DNA of 6,959 nt from Octopus sinensis. Lineage: Eukaryota. The position numbers and the translations under genes were made by a program. Positions within the stretch are counted from its first letter, which is position 1. Each line of letters begins with the position of its first letter. Below the pieces are notes generated by a model. The model was not told where the DNA came from. It saw nothing but the letters and a program-made list of their open reading frames with translations, and made no database searches. The stretch is from positions 1-6,959 of the forward strand of contig NW_021829241.1 in the NCBI RefSeq assembly GCF_006345805.1, given 5' to 3'. This document shows positions 6,629 through 6,959 of the stretch, one piece after another.

Positions 6629-6959
6629 TTATTATTATTATATTATTATTATTATTATTATTATTATTCTGTTTGACTTTTGCTTTATATTTGTACAAGT
6701 TGGCTCCAAGTCTCACCCAGAGACCTCAAGAGACAACAGGGTTGGAAGTTCATGTTGTTGTTATGCCTAGCGTGCCATATATTTGGGGGTGGGGATGTTG
6801 TACTAATGAATGTCTAAAAAAAAAAAAGTTTTTTTTTTTTTTTTTTTAAACCGAAAATTATGGTTGTTTTAAACCTTGAGGTTACATAGAGAGTATTTTG
6901 CGTAGGATATGAGCAGTTCCCATGAGCACTATCTTTTGAACTTCTGCCATTTTTGGGTT
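6629..6959 (-). mobile_element. 3' end of an R4/Dong-like (restriction-like endonuclease class) non-LTR retrotransposon: ORF end, 3' UTR, (TAA)n tail
   Basis: Minus-strand ORF end at 6959-6882, about 210 nt of UTR, then a (TAA)n tract at 6668-6629. Confidence 0.7.
6882..6959 (-). CDS. C-terminal 25 aa of a non-LTR retrotransposon ORF (continues beyond the window)
   Basis: Translates NPKMAEVQKIVLMGTAHILRKILSM*, matching the QKxxLxGTAxILRxxL C-terminus typical of R4/Dong-like elements. Confidence 0.72.
   Translation of the reverse strand, partial: NPKMAEVQKIVLMGTAHILRKILSM

Noticed and set aside
5630-6770. ORFs 5630..5842, 6170..6418 and 6546..6770
   Set aside because: They run through microsatellites and SINE/LINE fragments (poly-Ile, VC and IY runs)

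Overview
AT-rich eukaryotic intergenic DNA with no recognisable host gene, dense in microsatellites and retroelements. It is probably cephalopod (Octopus-like), judged only from my recollection of the SINE/LINE fragments near the 3' end. The main content is two adjacent insertions in (TA)n tracts that share an 'inverted fragment + forward body' layout. (1) 863-2269: a non-coding array of about 580-bp units (2.3 copies). Each full unit carries a + strand type I hammerhead ribozyme fold with a variant CCGAUGA core, a long helix II and a palindromic helix III, so it looks like a retrozyme-like non-autonomous element. (2) 2632-4960: a 5'-truncated Penelope-like element (PLE; RT, Cys linker and GIY-YIG endonuclease, Neptune-like) with a 619-bp inverted copy of its 3' end. 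The inverted arm keeps an intact minimal hammerhead with a compensatory U3-A8 core, while the forward arm has lost 15 nt of it. The last 800 bp hold three stacked SINE 3' fragments and the C-terminus, 3' UTR and (TAA)n tail of a minus-strand R4/Dong-like LINE. All folds and alignments were done by eye.
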